DNA of 35,967 nt from Nemertoderma westbladi. Lineage: Eukaryota > Animalia > Xenacoelomorpha. The position numbers were made by a program, and so were the translations under genes. Location: NCBI GenBank assembly GCA_032718475.1, contig JAUCBJ010004985.1, positions 1 to 35,967 of the forward strand, written 5' to 3'. A model generated the notes under the pieces. It saw only the letters and a program-made list of their open reading frames with translations, was not told where the DNA came from and ran no database searches. Below are positions 33,712 to 35,967 of this stretch, piece after piece; position 1 is the first letter of the stretch, and each line of letters opens with the position of its first letter.

Positions 33712-34988
33712 ATGATTAATGTTTGTGCCCTTGATTGATATCTGTCCCTCGTTTAGTGTTTGTGTCCCTCATTAATGTTTGTGTATCTCATTAATGTTTG
33801 TGTCCCTCATTAATGTTTGTGTATCTCATTAATGTTTGTGTCCCTCATTAATGTTTGTGTCCCTCATTAATGTTTGTGTCCCTCATTAATGTTTGTGTAC
33901 CTCATTAATGTTTGTGTCCCTCATTAATGTTTGTGTACCTCATTAATGTTTGTGTCCCTCATTAATGTTTGTGTACCTCATTAATGTTTGCGTCCCTCAT
34001 TAATGTTTGTGTCCCTCATTAATGTTTGTGTCCCTCATTAATGTTAGTGCCCTTGATTGATATCTGTCCCTCGTTTATTGTTTGTGTCCCTCATTAATGT
34101 TTGTGTCCCTTATTAATGTTTGTGTCCCTAATTAATGTTTGCGTCCCTCATTAATGTTTGTGTCCCTCATTAATGTTTGTGTCCCTCATTAATGTTTGTG
34201 TCCCTCATTAATGTTTGTGTCCCTCATTAATGTTAATGTACATCATTAATGTTTGTGTCCCTCATTAATGTTTGTGTACCTCATTAATGTTTGTGTCCCT
34301 CATTAATGTTTGTGTACCTCATTAATGTTTGTGTACCTCATTAATGTTTGTGTCCCTCATTAATGTTAGTGTACATCATTAATGTTTGTGTCCCTCATTA
34401 ATGTTTGTGTACCTCATTAATGTTTGTGTCCCTCATTAATGTTTGTGTACCTCATTAATGTTTGCGTCCCTCATTAATGTTTGTGTCCCTCATTAATGTT
34501 TGTGTCCCTCATTAATGTTAGTGCCCTTGATTGATATCTGTCCCTCGTTTATTGTTTGTGTCCCTCATTAATGTTTGTGTCCCTTATTAATGTTTGTGTC
34601 CCTAATTAATGTTTGTGTACCTCATTAATGTTTGTGTCCCTCATTAATGTTTGTGTCCCTCATTAATGTTTGTGTCCCTCATTAATGTTATTGCCCTTGA
34701 TTAATATCTGTCCCTCGTTTATTGTTTGTGTCCCTCATTAATGTTTGTGTACCTCATTAATGTTTGTGTCCCTCATTAATGTTTGTGTACCCCATTAATG
34801 TTTGTGTCCCTCATTAATGTTTGTGTACCTCATTAATGTTTGCGTCCCTCATTAATGTTTGTGTCCCTCATTAATGTTTGTGTCCCTCATTAATGTTTGT
34901 GTCCCTCATTAATGTTAGTGCCCTTGATTGATATCTGTCCCTCGTTTATTGTTTGTCCCCCTGATTAATGTTTGTCCCACATTAATGT
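33712..34988 (+). repeat. 19-bp minisatellite CCTCATTAATGTTTGTGTC, about 67 units
   Basis: Head-to-tail units without spacers. Variant block GCCCTTGATTGATATCTGTCCCTCGTTTA at 33727, 34049, 34523, 34693 and 34920. Confidence 0.98.
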
Positions 34989-35664
34989 TGCTATAAGTTA
35001 CTCTAGGTTGCCGGACGTTTTGGACAATTTGGTCATCAACTAGCAACGTAATTTGAGTAACATTAACTTTTAGTCTCCCTATATGAGGCATCTTTTACAG
35101 CAACAAACTTTGCGTTTACATAGAGCAACTTGATCGGCAACCTGACATGCTCAATAAGTTGCTGATAGAGTTGCTCAAAATGTTGACACGTACTGTAGAA
35201 AAAACAGGTCTTTAATTATTCGTCATGACGTACTGTAAGTGAACTTTACTTTAACTTTAACGTAGCTGTATCCCTGTAGCTAGACTTTGTTCTTACTGTA
35301 GAGTACCACCCATGGCTATATTTTGTACTTAGAGTTCCGTTTGCTTGAATCTAAATTTTGTTCTTATAGTTCTGCATTTGGCTACATTTTGTTCAATTTG
35401 TATTGATACATGATTCTAACTATAGTTCCGTACTTATTTTAGAAGCAATTAATACCAAAATATCACAAACTTATGGAGCCCTTTAGAATTTTGAATTCAA
35501 AAATTTCCAACATGTGCGTGTGTGTGTTAGCTATATTGTATGTGATTATTTGTTATTATTGCGTTTACAGGTAATACTAACACCTGAGCATGTGCTAGTT
35601 AACATGTTAGATAGCACGTATTACCTAATAACAAATGCGCACATGTATTACGTGCGCACTACGC

Positions 35665-35711
35665 ACTAAATAATTAAGGACGTACGTATCGTACGTCCTT
35701 AATTATTTAGT
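35665..35711. repeat. Perfect inverted repeat, 22-bp arms with 3-nt loop
   Basis: ACTAAATAATTAAGGACGTACG-tat-CGTACGTCCTTAATTATTTAGT. Confidence 0.95.
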
Positions 35712-35721
35712 TGGCTACTAT

Positions 35722-35914
35722 TTGATATATTTTGCTTTTTTTTTGTAAAAATTCGGACTTGTGGTGTTTTGCCAAATTGAGGATACCTTGTTTTCTAGGC
35801 AATACCCCGCAACTATCGTATAGTTACGGGATAATACCAGAAAATGGTGTTCCCCTTTGTTTTGGCAAAACACCATAAGTCAGAATTTTTTCAAAAAAAC
35901 CGCAATATATTTCA
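35722..35914. mobile_element. Palindromic MITE-like element
   Basis: Arms of about 55 bp, including AAAAATTCGGACTTGTGGTGTTTTGCCAAA / TTTGGCAAAACACCATAAGTCAGAATTTTT, with an inner hairpin CCCGCAACTAT..ATAGTTACGGG. Confidence 0.65.
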
Positions 35915-35967
35915 AAGGTAATTCTAAATCAAATTGAAAGTTTAGTTATATGAATTCTATATATGAT

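Noticed and set aside
33712-34988. CRISPR array
   Set aside because: Units are contiguous with no unique spacers, there are no cas genes, and the context is eukaryotic.

Overview
AT-rich animal (invertebrate-like) genomic DNA dominated by decayed and nested transposable elements; nothing here looks prokaryotic and there is no CRISPR array. Two host-gene pieces are visible: the last coding exon of a USP22/Nonstop-type deubiquitinase (7461-7653, +) and an unrecognised 363-codon ORF with a signal-peptide-like start (1653-2744, -), which may lie antisense within the USP intron. Three nested insertions can be reconstructed from target-site duplications (TSDs): a Mutator-like foldback element in the TIR of a hAT-like MITE, an RTE-X-like LINE in a near-full-length RTE, and an L2-like LINE in a BEL/Pao pol. 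The most unusual items are (i) a Penelope-like fragment carrying a minimal type I hammerhead ribozyme, (ii) a GC-rich CRE-clade retrotransposon 3' end with a perfect 13-bp TSD, (iii) a decayed multi-zinc-knuckle ORF directly upstream of a candidate PPT and LTR, and (iv) a 19-bp minisatellite that appears to be the expanded arm of a foldback element. All calls were made by eye with no database search, and TE clade names rest on motif recognition. I found no clearly new biological system, only candidates worth checking.
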